Source of the DNA: Spirochaetaceae bacterium
GTDB lineage: Bacteria > Spirochaetota > Spirochaetia > DSM-2461
Direction: 5' to 3'
Length of the DNA: 64,000 nucleotides
NCBI GenBank assembly: GCA_051531975.1
Contig: JAOPTT010000006.1
Span: forward strand, 622,977 to 686,976
Part shown: positions 42,289-52,502 of the stretch, one piece after another
How the letters are laid out: each line of letters starts with the position of its first letter
Numbering within the stretch: position 1 is the first letter of the stretch
Notes under the pieces: model-generated
Database searches by the model: none
Seen by the model: the letters and a program-made list of their open reading frames with translations, nothing else
Told to the model about the DNA's origin: nothing
Translations under genes and position numbers: made by a program

Positions 42289-43191
42289 TTATTTACACCT
42301 AAACCCACATTCTTTATTTATGTTGTTATTATTTAATCCCATAAAATTGATTGGAGTATTGGGAAACTCTATTAATAGATTATTAAACTTATTAATAAAT
42401 TCATCATACTCATCTAATGGTTTTATAAGTTCACCTATTATATCCAATATTATGATTATTTTTTTTCTTTGCTTAGTGCTATATATTCTTTGCATATTTT
42501 TAGTAATTGAAGGTTTTATTGTGAGTGATGAATTCCAAAGCCTACCGTGATGGGCACAAATATTTCTTATTGTAGTAATCGATTGAACCCAGGACTCTAA
42601 TAAAAATGGTTTAACTCTGAAATAATTTGCTATATTTTTTTTTACATCCTTATTTTCTAATGATTTATATATTTTTGACCAGCTCCCAAAAGATATTACC
42701 TCAATTAACATCCATGATGCAGGTATTTTGGGTTCAGTATATTTATCTATGTAATTTTTTATAAAAATCTCATTGCTTCTTTTAATTTCTCTCCCAATAT
42801 CTAAAATAAATTTTTCATGATCAAACTGTGCATTTACATGTTTTTTTGATAATGGCCAATGAGAATCTTTACTGTTTAATGACATATGTAAATTTAGTTG
42901 AGTCCGAAATGCTACTTCTATATGGGTAATTGCATCAAATAATATAGTTCTTAACTTATCATCAAAATTATACAGATCAACTACATTTTTAAAATCTGTA
43001 TTTTTTTTATATTTATGGGTTCTCTTCCTATCTTCAAAAATTTCATAGTGTAAAGCATATCCAACAAATCTATAATAGCTTACTTTATTTAGAAACTTCG
43101 TTGCAAAATCTCTATTGGAGATTACCATACCTCTAGACTCTAATATATTAAGTTGTTCTTCAATGTTTGTTGGAGGTGAATTATATTTGAT
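42289..43191 (-). CDS. AbiD/AbiF (Abi_2) family HEPN protein; probable ATC start
   Basis: PPTNIEEQL..L.SRG, VSYYRF, LY.FD..LR, IEV.FR, W.LIEV.SFG, RNICAHHGRLWN. Frame extends 21 codons upstream of the ORF-track ATG to an ATC 6 nt after AGGGGG. Confidence 0.85.
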   Translation of the reverse strand: MKYNSPPTNIEEQLNILESRGMVISNRDFATKFLNKVSYYRFVGYALHYEIFEDRKRTHKYKKNTDFKNVVDLYNFDDKLRTILFDAITHIEVAFRTQLNLHMSLNSKDSHWPLSKKHVNAQFDHEKFILDIGREIKRSNEIFIKNYIDKYTEPKIPASWMLIEVISFGSWSKIYKSLENKDVKKNIANYFRVKPFLLESWVQSITTIRNICAHHGRLWNSSLTIKPSITKNMQRIYSTKQRKKIIIILDIIGELIKPLDEYDEFINKFNNLLIEFPNTPINFMGLNNNNINKECGFRCK

Positions 43192-43217
43192 AGATATCCC
43201 CCTGTTTCATTGGTTAT

Positions 43218-43272
43218 AAAAAAGAAGACCCGTTCTGGTCCGCATCGTAGAGAGGCGTAACGGGTACTGTTA
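43218..43272 (-). ncRNA. Putative abiF-associated structured RNA (RNA antitoxin or leader)
   Basis: Minus strand ACCCGTT-ACGCCTCTCTACGATGCGGACCAG-AACGGGT then CTTCTTTTTT: a GC-rich stem-loop directly upstream of the Abi_2 gene. Confidence 0.65.
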
Positions 43273-43403
43273 ATTTAATCTTAATATGGAGTGTTAAAAA
43301 TAACAACTGCTTTATATAGATATTTACTCACTATTCATGAAATTTTAATGTCAGAATTAATACAACCTTCACTAATTGCACAATCTCTCTTAAATACTAC
43401 TCA

Positions 43404-43562
43404 TGTAGCCAATATTGTAGCCAAAACCCATACAAACTGGTGCAAAACAGTACTAAACCATACAAAGTCTATGACGTTTAAGTTGCGACTCTATATAAAG
43501 TTATACAAAAGAAAGCAAAACGATACAAAACATATTGGAGGTTTCGATTCCCTCCACCTTCA
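43404..43562 (+). repeat. att-like unit B
   Basis: TGTAGCCAA x2 (43404, 43416), phased TACAAA motifs, GGAGGTTTCGATTCCCTCCACCTTCA (43537-43562). Confidence 0.9.
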
Positions 43563-43569
43563 TTTCATG

Positions 43570-44251
43570 CTTATGTAAATCATTATATCGGATATGAATA
43601 ATCCATTTGTATATGTCCCTGCATAAACTTTAGTATCACTAACAAACAGGCAGTCCACATCATTTGTACCAAGTTGTGCAGTTTCGAAGGAATTTGTGGA
43701 TATATTGTAAATACTTAAACCCTGAAGTGTACCGATAAAAATATAATTGCCAGAGCCAGTAATATTATTAATCTGGTTATTTGTTAGACCGTCATCCGTA
43801 GTAAGGTTGTCCAATTTGTGCCACCATCGTTTGAATAAAGCAGACCATTGGAGGAAGTTCCAACGTATATATTCTGCCCAGATGCATAAACACATGTGGT
43901 AGTCACATTGGAAATAGATGTTCCTGTATATGATGTTATATCAAAAGTTTTGGAAAACGAAACATTAGGTAGGTCGGAAGTGAAAGTAATATAGATATCA
44001 TCAGAAACAGTATTTTTACTGTCTGTAACTTCTATTAATAAATCTTTTTCCCATAACCAACTAGGATTTCCATTAGGTACATATCCATCAATGTAGGACA
44101 GAACATGCTTTCCATTCCCATCTACTCCATATGACTTAGGAACCCAATCTAAACCCTTTTTATTAACATGCAGAAGCAGATTGTGGATTGTATCTGAAGC
44201 TTCAGTTACATCTTTATAAATTAAATTATCCTTTTTAAGAGGTTTATTCAT
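43570..44251 (-). pseudogene. Chimeric fragments: phosphotransferase (APH-like) N-terminus fused to a frameshifted beta-propeller fragment
   Basis: HNLLLHV..KG.DWVPK..G.D..G..VLSYIDG, then YVGTSSNGLLYS.DGG.NW and, in another frame, LTTDDGL.NN.I..I...IFIGT..GL. Confidence 0.6.
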
Positions 44252-44314
44252 ATTTCCACCCTCTAATACTTCGTATTCACTTTAATCCATTTTATCTCCT
44301 ATTGTAATTAGTAT

Positions 44315-44935
44315 TTAACCAAAGTGATGTATTGAGTAAGTATTTTCATTTGCAAACAGTTTACCAGTATTACTATCTTTAGCTGAAAAAACATCAGACT
44401 GAAATATATTTATATCATGATCTAAAACTTGATATGTGTTAGTGTCCTTCCAGCCAAAATATAATAACGTTATTTCTGATACCAATACTGAGTTTGGAAC
44501 GTCGTTATATCTACCATCTTTTAACAAAAAATCTTTTTCATCATATTCTTTTAATAGCCTGCCAATCCATGGATGATTTTTTATTGCACCAATTATTCCA
44601 GTACCTAGTAGTTTATTACCTTCATATCCAGCAAAAGCTTTAAAGTTCAATAAATCATCAAATGATTTAAGTACTTCAACATCGGTATCAAAATAAATTC
44701 CTCCCAATTTATTCAAAACATATAGCCTAACATAGTCAGTTACATAAGCATATTTTTTAGCATCATATGCCTCCGAAACAAATTTATTTGATCTGATATC
44801 AAAGTTTTCTTCATTCCATAAAACAAGTTCATATTCAGGTAAGTATTTCTTCCAGGATTTTATGCTTTCTTTTGCTTCACTCGATAATTCTCCATTACCA
44901 AACCAACAATAATGTATTTTTTTAGATATTGACAT
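44315..44935 (-). CDS. Glycosyltransferase, DXD sugar-binding (GT32-like), possibly C-terminally clipped
   Basis: KKIHYCWFG, DYVRLYVL...GGIYFDTDVE; ends at HHFG. Confidence 0.85.
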   Translation of the reverse strand: MSISKKIHYCWFGNGELSSEAKESIKSWKKYLPEYELVLWNEENFDIRSNKFVSEAYDAKKYAYVTDYVRLYVLNKLGGIYFDTDVEVLKSFDDLLNFKAFAGYEGNKLLGTGIIGAIKNHPWIGRLLKEYDEKDFLLKDGRYNDVPNSVLVSEITLLYFGWKDTNTYQVLDHDINIFQSDVFSAKDSNTGKLFANENTYSIHHFG

Positions 44936-45043
44936 ATTTTAACTCCTTCCATATCAATTTTAGTTTGTAATATTGTTTAACCATTAAATAGTTCAGTTGC
45001 ACATCATCTTTTACGTAATTTTCACTGAGAATTTTATTTTCCT

Positions 45044-45939
45044 TTATATAATCTTCTTAATATTATTTTTTAACCGGAAGTGTGTATAGCCAGTAAAAAG
45101 TATGAAGAGAACTACCCATACTATCGTACCAGAAAAACCTGTTTCTATACCAAACTCAGTTCCTGTTATATTGCTAGAAATAGTTGACTCAGTAATAGCC
45201 CCATATAGAGTTGGTCCAATAGTTTTCCCTGAAATATTAAAAAAGCCTTCAACAACAAAATCATATGCAAAATGCAAAGATATAGGCAAAATTAAGGACT
45301 GTGTTTTGTAATATAAAAAACTAAACAACATACCTGCTACTAAAATATTTAAAAATAGCACCAATGGATTACCCTGATTCGAATTTGATACAAAAAAATG
45401 TACTAAAGAAAATATTGATGCAGAGATCAAGCATGCATTAAATGGCTTTTTAAGTATTTGTTCTAAGCGTTTTTGAAAGAACCCTCTAAAAAGGACCTCT
45501 TCTCCAACTACTGCAGCCAAACTTGTTACAAAAGCTAGAGCAACAGGGTGTATTAGATGCTGTGGCGAAAAACGATCAAGCATCCAACCAGAAACTAACA
45601 GACATTTATTCATGGTAAAAACAAGATATGCACTTGTCAGCACAAGAAATGTCCCTAAAAGTCCAACTAAAGAATCCTGAATTATAAACTTATGATCACC
45701 AAGAGCGTGAACTTTAAAGTTTTCATTTCTTGCATATCGGAAATATATAGATACAAATACAATTATGACTCCAATAGAAAAAATCCTAGGTAAAAATCCA
45801 GAGAATTCCTCAAATAGTCCAAGTCGAACTAGTGCAAATCTAGTAATAAAAGAGACAATAACTATAGAAAGTTGAGTCCCTATAAAATTACTATAAGCCA
45901 GATTATATGAAGAAGAATGTTTTTAAGTTTATTAAGCAT
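45044..45939 (-). pseudogene. CPBP/CAAX intramembrane protease, frameshifted near the 5' end
   Basis: GEEVLFRGF, FSLVH, PISLHFAYD. The frame stays open to ~45922 without an ATG, while the RBS-linked ATG at 45939 is out of frame. Confidence 0.65.
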
Positions 45940-46012
45940 TTTATTCCTTTTGAAAAATTTAAATCTTACTGTATATAACACGCAAATACTGTGTAAATGT
46001 TACTTAAAATTA

Positions 46013-46552
46013 TTACCAGTATTCAGGTTTATTTATAGCATCAACACAGAATGAATTATCAGTAATAGATTGGATTTTATCACTTACCAAAGACTGTGCT
46101 AACCAACCTTCTGGATACTCAAGTTTTAAAGGAGCTTTCACAATTTTTTCAGATATTTTATTGTACCCAACTTTTGAGTAAAAATTAATATCACCATAAG
46201 TAAAAACCTGTTCTACATAATTTCCTTTTAAATCCTTGTGACCAAAATTAATCAATTTTTGACCTATTCCTTTTTTTTGATAATCTGAATGGATAGCCAC
46301 TGGAGCTAATAAAAATGTATTAATTTTACACTCTTCAAACTTCAACCTGGAAAAGAGAATACAGCCTATAATTTTTTTATCATCAATAGCGATATAAACA
46401 TGTAGATCATTTTTATCTGTTTTAGTCATTAATTCAAAAGCTAAGTTTCCTATTAACATTCCTTCTTCAACACCTTCAGAATCTGAAAATGTCTTGATAA
46501 ATAACTCTTGTATTTTCTCTATGTTTTCTGATTTATAATTTGAAAATTCCAT
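46013..46552 (-). CDS. GNAT N-acetyltransferase (YhbS-like)
   Basis: LLAPVAIHSDYQKKGIGQKLI, YGD.NFYSKVGY. Confidence 0.85.
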   Translation of the reverse strand: MEFSNYKSENIEKIQELFIKTFSDSEGVEEGMLIGNLAFELMTKTDKNDLHVYIAIDDKKIIGCILFSRLKFEECKINTFLLAPVAIHSDYQKKGIGQKLINFGHKDLKGNYVEQVFTYGDINFYSKVGYNKISEKIVKAPLKLEYPEGWLAQSLVSDKIQSITDNSFCVDAINKPEYW

Positions 46553-46615
46553 TCGATATCCTTCTTATATTATTTAATTATTGAAAATGATAACTTATAC
46601 TCATTCCATGAAGAT

Positions 46616-47396
46616 CTACTTTTGTGAAAAGATCCAGTCTGCTACCTTTTTATTAACAATGTCTGGATTTTCCCATAAAGGGAATCCCCCTGCATTAGGA
46701 ATAATAATACTTTCAACCATTTCATTTTTATCTAATAAGTTCCTCATTCCATGAAATTCAGTCATATCGTAATTACCATTATATGCTAATATCGGTAATT
46801 TTAATTTTTTTAATTGATTAATGATATCCATAGTATCTTTAGTTTTTTTTTCAGATAACCAAGGTTTCCCACTAAATGATTGAAGAATTTTAAGATGATC
46901 TTCTGATCTTGTTTCTTTTGGGTTACGTCGCATATATTTTTGGGTTACGTCGCATATATTCAAACCATTCCGAATGTGTAAACCAATTATTAATAGCCTC
47001 ATCAATTCCTTTCTCAAAAATTATAGACCTGGCTCTATTTATATTTTTATTAAATCCAGGAATTACGACACCCTCGAATATAAACAGTCTTATACTGAAT
47101 ACTTTTTTTAAATATAAATTAAGACCAATTGCTGTACTTGTATGAGTCCCCCAATATATGAAATCATCAATTATTAGATATTTTAATAATTCTATAATAT
47201 CTTCAGTGTATTCTTCTATTCCAAATGGACCATCATGTTCTGAATTACCATGCCCTCTTAGATCTAATGTTAAGCAGTTGAAACTATCCCTAAAAAACTC
47301 AATTTGTTTGTTAAATATGGCCAGATTCTGTGTAAAACCGTGTACAAACACAATTGTCTGTTTTTGGTTATTATTTTCAAAATTATAATTTATCAA
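46616..47396 (-). pseudogene. Alpha/beta hydrolase split by a 22-bp tandem duplication
   Basis: VFVHGF, DLRGHG.S in the first half; duplicated TTTTGGGTTACGTCGCATATAT at ~46916-46960 shifts the frame. Confidence 0.75.
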
Positions 47397-47570
47397 TGAG
47401 TCCTCATAAATGTAAAGTTTACATTTTACTTCTTTAATATTAGATATTTTATTACTATTTTTTAATAAGGAAAACCATTTTTTATTGGTTTAAATAGTAT
47501 ATGCATAATAAGATCTTATATATCTTCTTAAAACAGTATCATTTTTGGATTGATTCACATTTGATATTTG

Positions 47571-47633
47571 GTTGTCCATGCAACAATTGACATATCCTGT
47601 AATAAGGGCTAATTTAGTTATACAGACAACTAA
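47571..47633 (+). promoter_or_regulatory. Promoter with two palindromic MarR-type operators
   Basis: TTGACA(47587)-17-TAATTT; GTTGTCCATGCAAC and TTAGTTATACAGACAACTAA. Confidence 0.5.
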
Positions 47634-47645
47634 AAAGGTTTATAA

Positions 47646-48086
47646 ATGATAAAAGTAAATGATTCAATATATTTTAATATTTCACGGGTGGCTCTTTTAC
47701 TAAGGAGAGATTTTCTGCAAAATCTTAAAGAATTTAATATTACTCCTGAGCAGTGGTCAATAATGGCTTTTCTTAATGAAAAACAAAAGCCAATATCACA
47801 AAAGTCGATAGTAGAACATTTACTAAAAGATAAACATGCTGTTTCAAAAATGATTAATAAAATGGTAAAAAAAGAGTGGATAATAAAAGAAGCTGATATT
47901 AATGATAGCCGAGTAACACTGATATCTTTGACTAAAAAGGGAACTGAAGATATGCATACAATTGGAAATGTTCTATCCAAGTCTCAGCATAATAGAGAAT
48001 ATAATATGTTTCCTAATGAAGAGAAGAAGATGATTCTTAACTTTTTAAAACAAATTAGGATATTTTTTAATGATATAAAGGAGTAA
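47646..48086 (+). CDS. MarR-family regulator
   Basis: ITPEQWSIM, D.R...I.LT..G. Confidence 0.9.
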   Translation: MIKVNDSIYFNISRVALLLRRDFLQNLKEFNITPEQWSIMAFLNEKQKPISQKSIVEHLLKDKHAVSKMINKMVKKEWIIKEADINDSRVTLISLTKKGTEDMHTIGNVLSKSQHNREYNMFPNEEKKMILNFLKQIRIFFNDIKE

Positions 48087-48088
48087 TT

Positions 48089-48382
48089 ATGAATCCACTA
48101 AAAACAGTACAGGATCTAGATCCGGAATTAACTAAGATAATGGAAGATTCCAGATTATTGGCATTTACGGAAGGATCATTAGATTTAAAAACTAAATATC
48201 TAATTGGTTTGTCCATAGATGCAACGAAAGGTACTCCTGAGGGAGTTAGAAGTTTAGCAATACAGGCATTAAAAAACGGAGCAACAAAAGATGAAATCAA
48301 AGAAGTAATAAGAATTGTATATCTAATTAATGGTGTTAGCAGCATGTATCCAGTATCAATTGGTCTCAAAGATTTAATATAG
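48089..48382 (+). CDS. Carboxymuconolactone decarboxylase (CMD/AhpD-like) protein
   Basis: G.LD.KTK.LI.L..D, A...GAT..EI.E. Confidence 0.8.
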   Translation: MNPLKTVQDLDPELTKIMEDSRLLAFTEGSLDLKTKYLIGLSIDATKGTPEGVRSLAIQALKNGATKDEIKEVIRIVYLINGVSSMYPVSIGLKDLI

Positions 48383-48490
48383 GAATATTTTAAATAATTA
48401 TTAACTAATTAAATTTCTAAAAAAAATGTTTCCAAGGGTAACATAATCCCTGGGAACACATCTATATCAATTTGAGAACTGGTAGAATAA

Positions 48491-49846
48491 TTACAGAATT
48501 CGATTATGTTTAATAACATTTTTATAATACTCTGCACTCAATTTAGGAGTTCTTTTTTGATTTTCAAAATTAACATAAACCAGACCAAAACGTTTGGTAT
48601 ACCCTTCAGCCCATTCAAAATTATCTAAAAAGCTCCAAACAAAATATCCTTTTAATGGATACCCTTCTTCTATTGCCCTTGATGCACCTATAAAATGATT
48701 ACGAAGATAAAAAATACGGTCTGTATCTAAAACCTCTCCATCTTTATTTAGTTTATCATTACAGGCACTACCACTTTCTGTAACATATATACTTTTAACA
48801 TCCCATAGCTCATTAACATAGCGTGTACTCCAGTAGATAGTTTCAGGACCAACCTTAATCCATGGAAGATCCATTGAAGGATGCGATGGTGCAAAGTCAA
48901 CAACATTATACCCTTTAGCAGAATTCTTATCTGCTCTTATATAGGTTGGATAATACATATTGATGCCTAAGTAATCTATAGGAGCATTTATTAACTTCAT
49001 CTCATCCAGTGTATAATCAGGAGCATTATCCCCTTCTTCTTCAAGATACTTTTTAGAATATGAACCCTCTAGAAGAGGAGAAAGGAATGATCCATTTATA
49101 TCATGAAAAGCTTGTTTGGCAGCAGCAATATGCTCTTCTGTTTCAAAAATTGGAACACAATTATATGGATTATCAGAAAGTCCAACCTTAATATCACCTT
49201 TTGCATTTTCCCGTAGTGCTTTAAGAGCATAGCCATGCCCCAAAAGTCCATTATGAAAAACCTGGTTTACTTTAGCTCTTGAGAGTGTTTTACCAGGAGC
49301 AAAGACTCCATCTCGATAACCTAACTCTGCAATGCATATATAATCATTTAGTGTATAATAATTTTTTAGTCTATCTGATAACCGTTCAGATATGATACCA
49401 GCATAGTCACCAAAATATTTTGATGTCTCTTTTGATTCCCATCCACCATATTGATCTTCTAATACCTGTGGCAGATCCCAATGAAATAGTGTTGCACAGG
49501 GTTCTATGTTAGCTTCCAGAAGAGAATCTACAAGGCGGCTATAATAATCTATTCCCTTTTCATTAAATTCTCCTTTCCCATTGGGAAAGACTCGGGGCCA
49601 AGATATAGAGAATCTATAAGATTTTAATCCCATATTCTTCATTAAAACAATATCATCTTTGTAGAGATTATATTGATCACAGCTTATATCACCATTATGA
49701 TCACTTTTAATTTTCCCTGGTATATGAGAGAAAGTATCCCAGATAGATTTACCCCTACCATCAATATTAACAGCACCCTCAACTTGATATGCTGACGTAG
49801 AACATCCCCATAAAAAATCTTTTGGCATTTTATATGACTTACTCAT
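48491..49846 (-). CDS. GH1 beta-glucosidase
   Basis: SAYQVEGA, YRFSISWPR, TLFHWD, VTESG, WSFLDNFEWAEGY.KRFG; acid/base site reads TLND. Confidence 0.9.
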   Translation of the reverse strand: MSKSYKMPKDFLWGCSTSAYQVEGAVNIDGRGKSIWDTFSHIPGKIKSDHNGDISCDQYNLYKDDIVLMKNMGLKSYRFSISWPRVFPNGKGEFNEKGIDYYSRLVDSLLEANIEPCATLFHWDLPQVLEDQYGGWESKETSKYFGDYAGIISERLSDRLKNYYTLNDYICIAELGYRDGVFAPGKTLSRAKVNQVFHNGLLGHGYALKALRENAKGDIKVGLSDNPYNCVPIFETEEHIAAAKQAFHDINGSFLSPLLEGSYSKKYLEEEGDNAPDYTLDEMKLINAPIDYLGINMYYPTYIRADKNSAKGYNVVDFAPSHPSMDLPWIKVGPETIYWSTRYVNELWDVKSIYVTESGSACNDKLNKDGEVLDTDRIFYLRNHFIGASRAIEEGYPLKGYFVWSFLDNFEWAEGYTKRFGLVYVNFENQKRTPKLSAEYYKNVIKHNRIL

Positions 49847-50355
49847 ATAGACTCCTATTTAGTATTGTAATCATAGATTTTTATTATTTAGATGTAAATA
49901 TTAAATGGATCATAATTTATTTACTGCCATCGATATTCATTATCAATGAGTTATACTGTCCAATTTAAGAAATATATATAAGTGATTAATATGAAACTTT
50001 ATACTTTTGTTTATCGAGCCATTGATGTCCATATACAATAAAACCTTCTCTACCATTGAATCTATCAACCCCAAAAATTGAGCCTTGATTTTTATCTAAA
50101 AATCGGAGCTTTAATATAAGCTGTTCATCTTTCCTTTTAAGATTTATTAATTTAATATGATTTTGAAGTACTTCATGAAAAACTATTGGATTAGTCTTTT
50201 CTGATTTTTAGTGTTTAAGATATCTTAATAATTACCTAAAACGGATTTAATATTGTTGTTCATAATATAGTCCAGGGTTTCAATTGAAAACTCAGCTCTT
50301 GTTATCATAAACAATAAGTCTAGACATCAACATTTCCTAAAAAATTTATTTGAAA

Positions 50356-50817
50356 TTAATTAATTGGAATAAAGATATCAATTTCAGATTTACTACTATT
50401 CCAATTAAAACGATTATCATATCTTTCATAATGTACCATAGGTCTATCTAAGTTTAGCTTAAAACTATTTTTTGGCAATATGTCTTTATATATATCAAAA
50501 TATGTAAATTTTAACTTATTCATGTCTCCACAATGAACAAACTTAACGTATTTATTTTTAGGTATAACATATTGCTTTAAATTTACAGAATCTATAATTG
50601 GTACTGAAGGCATATAAAAATAACTATTATTCTTTTTGAATGTTAATCCGTATTTTTCCCAATTATGATCAATACGCCTTTTTATAGTATTAAACATACT
50701 ATTAACTTTTTCCCAATGGTTAGATATGATTCTTTGATTTTCTGTTTGAGACTTAGTAAGTAAAACAGGTAAACCTTCTACTTCTTTTTTATCTATTTCT
50801 AATATTTCCCAATTCAT
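50356..50817 (-). CDS. GyrI-like small-molecule-binding domain protein
   Basis: IPKNKYVKFVH.G, ERYD.RF, SEIDIFIPI. Confidence 0.75.
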   Translation of the reverse strand: MNWEILEIDKKEVEGLPVLLTKSQTENQRIISNHWEKVNSMFNTIKRRIDHNWEKYGLTFKKNNSYFYMPSVPIIDSVNLKQYVIPKNKYVKFVHCGDMNKLKFTYFDIYKDILPKNSFKLNLDRPMVHYERYDNRFNWNSSKSEIDIFIPIN

Positions 50818-50860
50818 TTACTAAAGTTCCTACCAACTGATAATAAAACAATCGTTTATT

Positions 50861-51346
50861 TTAATCAAATTCACCAATTATCAGCCCACTGTTATGTGCA
50901 ATATAGACAGTTTCTCCATCACAAAACACTCCATTTGCTGAAATATTTGGGAACGACGTATACCTGTCTACTTCAACATCTTGCCAATTTAATCCATCAT
51001 CGGCCGAAATCTACAGTTTCCCACCATATTTAACACATACCAAGTATGTTCCATCATTGGCAAACCCCATTATTGAACCACCACCAAGAGTATAATAGTC
51101 ATCAACAAAAGTCTCTCCTGAATCTGTAGATCTAGAATAGTAGGTGTCGATAGCTGCAACAACAGTACTTCCTGAAACATATAATAATTTCATATCTGGA
51201 GTATAATCCGAATAAGCAACTACTAAAGTGTCAGCATTTGAATAATCCAGGTTTAAAGTGGTTAAAATATGATCACCAGCAACATACAAGGTTGATGTAT
51301 AAATAATTAATCGTATAAGAACTTTGGTATAGATTTTTACAATCAC
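50861..51346 (-). pseudogene. Beta-propeller (BNR/WD-like) gene fragment, frameshifted
   Basis: SRSTDSGETF BNR-like motif; continuation SADDGLNW...GVFCDGETVYIAHNSG in another frame. Confidence 0.5.
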
Positions 51347-51495
51347 CTTTAATTATCTAAGGGATTTCATCCCTTTATTAGTTTGAAATTCACCACAATA
51401 TATCTATCTTGTTTATCTCTGACTATTAATATATAGAAATCTTTAATCTAATTGACCAGCCACTATAAAGACTATAAAGACTATAAAATTAGAGT

Positions 51496-51654
51496 ATGAT
51501 TAAGAAATCTTTTGAAGAGAAAGTTGAATTTATTAAAAAGAGTAGACTTAAAAATTACAAAGAGAGTTTAAGGCTTGAAGGTCTAAATCCCTCTGTTCAC
51601 CTCCATGGAAAAACTCGAGCAGAGATAATATCATATTATACACACAAGAAATGA
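51496..51654 (+). CDS. yhfG: YhfG-like Fic antitoxin
   Basis: RLKNYKESLRLEG carries the (S/T)xxxE(G/N) inhibitory motif; ATGA overlap with fic. Below the ORF-track cutoff. Confidence 0.75.
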   Translation: MIKKSFEEKVEFIKKSRLKNYKESLRLEGLNPSVHLHGKTRAEIISYYTHKK

Positions 51655-52243
51655 AATCTATAAAGTATGGTACTGATGAAGATCCATATAGCTATAAAGA
51701 TACTGACATATTAATTAATAAACTGGATATAAGATCTAATATCACATTAGAAAATATTGAAGAAGAGATTTCTACCTTAGCTGTAGGTGAAATTGATTTT
51801 GCAACTCCTCCCTATAATTCTAAATATTGGCAGAACATTCATGAAATACTATTTAAGGACTTATATAATTGGGCTGGAGAGTTTCGAACAGTTCATATTA
51901 CTAAAGGTTCAACAGTCTTTTCAATCCTCTATATATAGATCAGGAGTTAAATAGGATTTTTACTGACTTAAGTAGAAATAAATATTTTGTAGATTTACCA
52001 GTTGCACTATTAGTTACGAACATAGCATAATTATATATTGAGTTGAATATAATTCATCCTTTTAGAGAAGGGAATGGACGTTCTCAGCGCATATTATTTG
52101 ATCATATGTTAGCAAACTGTGGATATAAAATTGATTGGGGTAAAATATCAAAAGATCACTGGTTAGAAGCTAATATTTGCAGAGTAGACCTTAACTACAA
52201 GCCAATAGAAAATATTATGTCGGATTGTTTAGTAGAGTTTTAA
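51651..52243 (+). pseudogene. fic: Fic-family toxin pseudogene
   Basis: DPY.Y....L.NKL, IH..LF.D.Y.WAG.FR and HPFREGNGRSQR; frameshift near 51925 plus an in-frame TAA near 52028. Confidence 0.85.
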
Positions 52244-52502
52244 TTATTTGGTGTATAAAATTACATTTCTAATTTCCTAGGGAGTTAATTATCCTAGCTC
52301 TATCCACAAACCCCTAACATATACTTCTAATGAAACCAAAACAAATGCATTTAATGTTCTAGTTGCTATCACATTCAATTTGTAAACTCCTAATAATATT
52401 ATGCAATATGAATATCAACAATAATATATCAATTTGCGATATTATTTCTAATTATTTTATTAAATCTTTCTATTTCTTAGTGTCCTTATGTTATCTCTTT
52501 TG

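Noticed and set aside
43291..43578. 95-aa ORF (also 41779..41973 and 27811..27993)
   Set aside because: They overlie non-coding repeat units and are not preserved as ORFs in other copies.
51589..51606. CCCTCTGTTCACCTCCA as another att core
   Set aside because: Lies inside yhfG coding sequence, is interrupted, and has no arm repeats at the conserved distance.
43563..52502. Classical integron with attC sites
   Set aside because: No intI and no convincing paired RYYYAAC/GTTRRRY hairpins between genes; only isolated GTT-like words.
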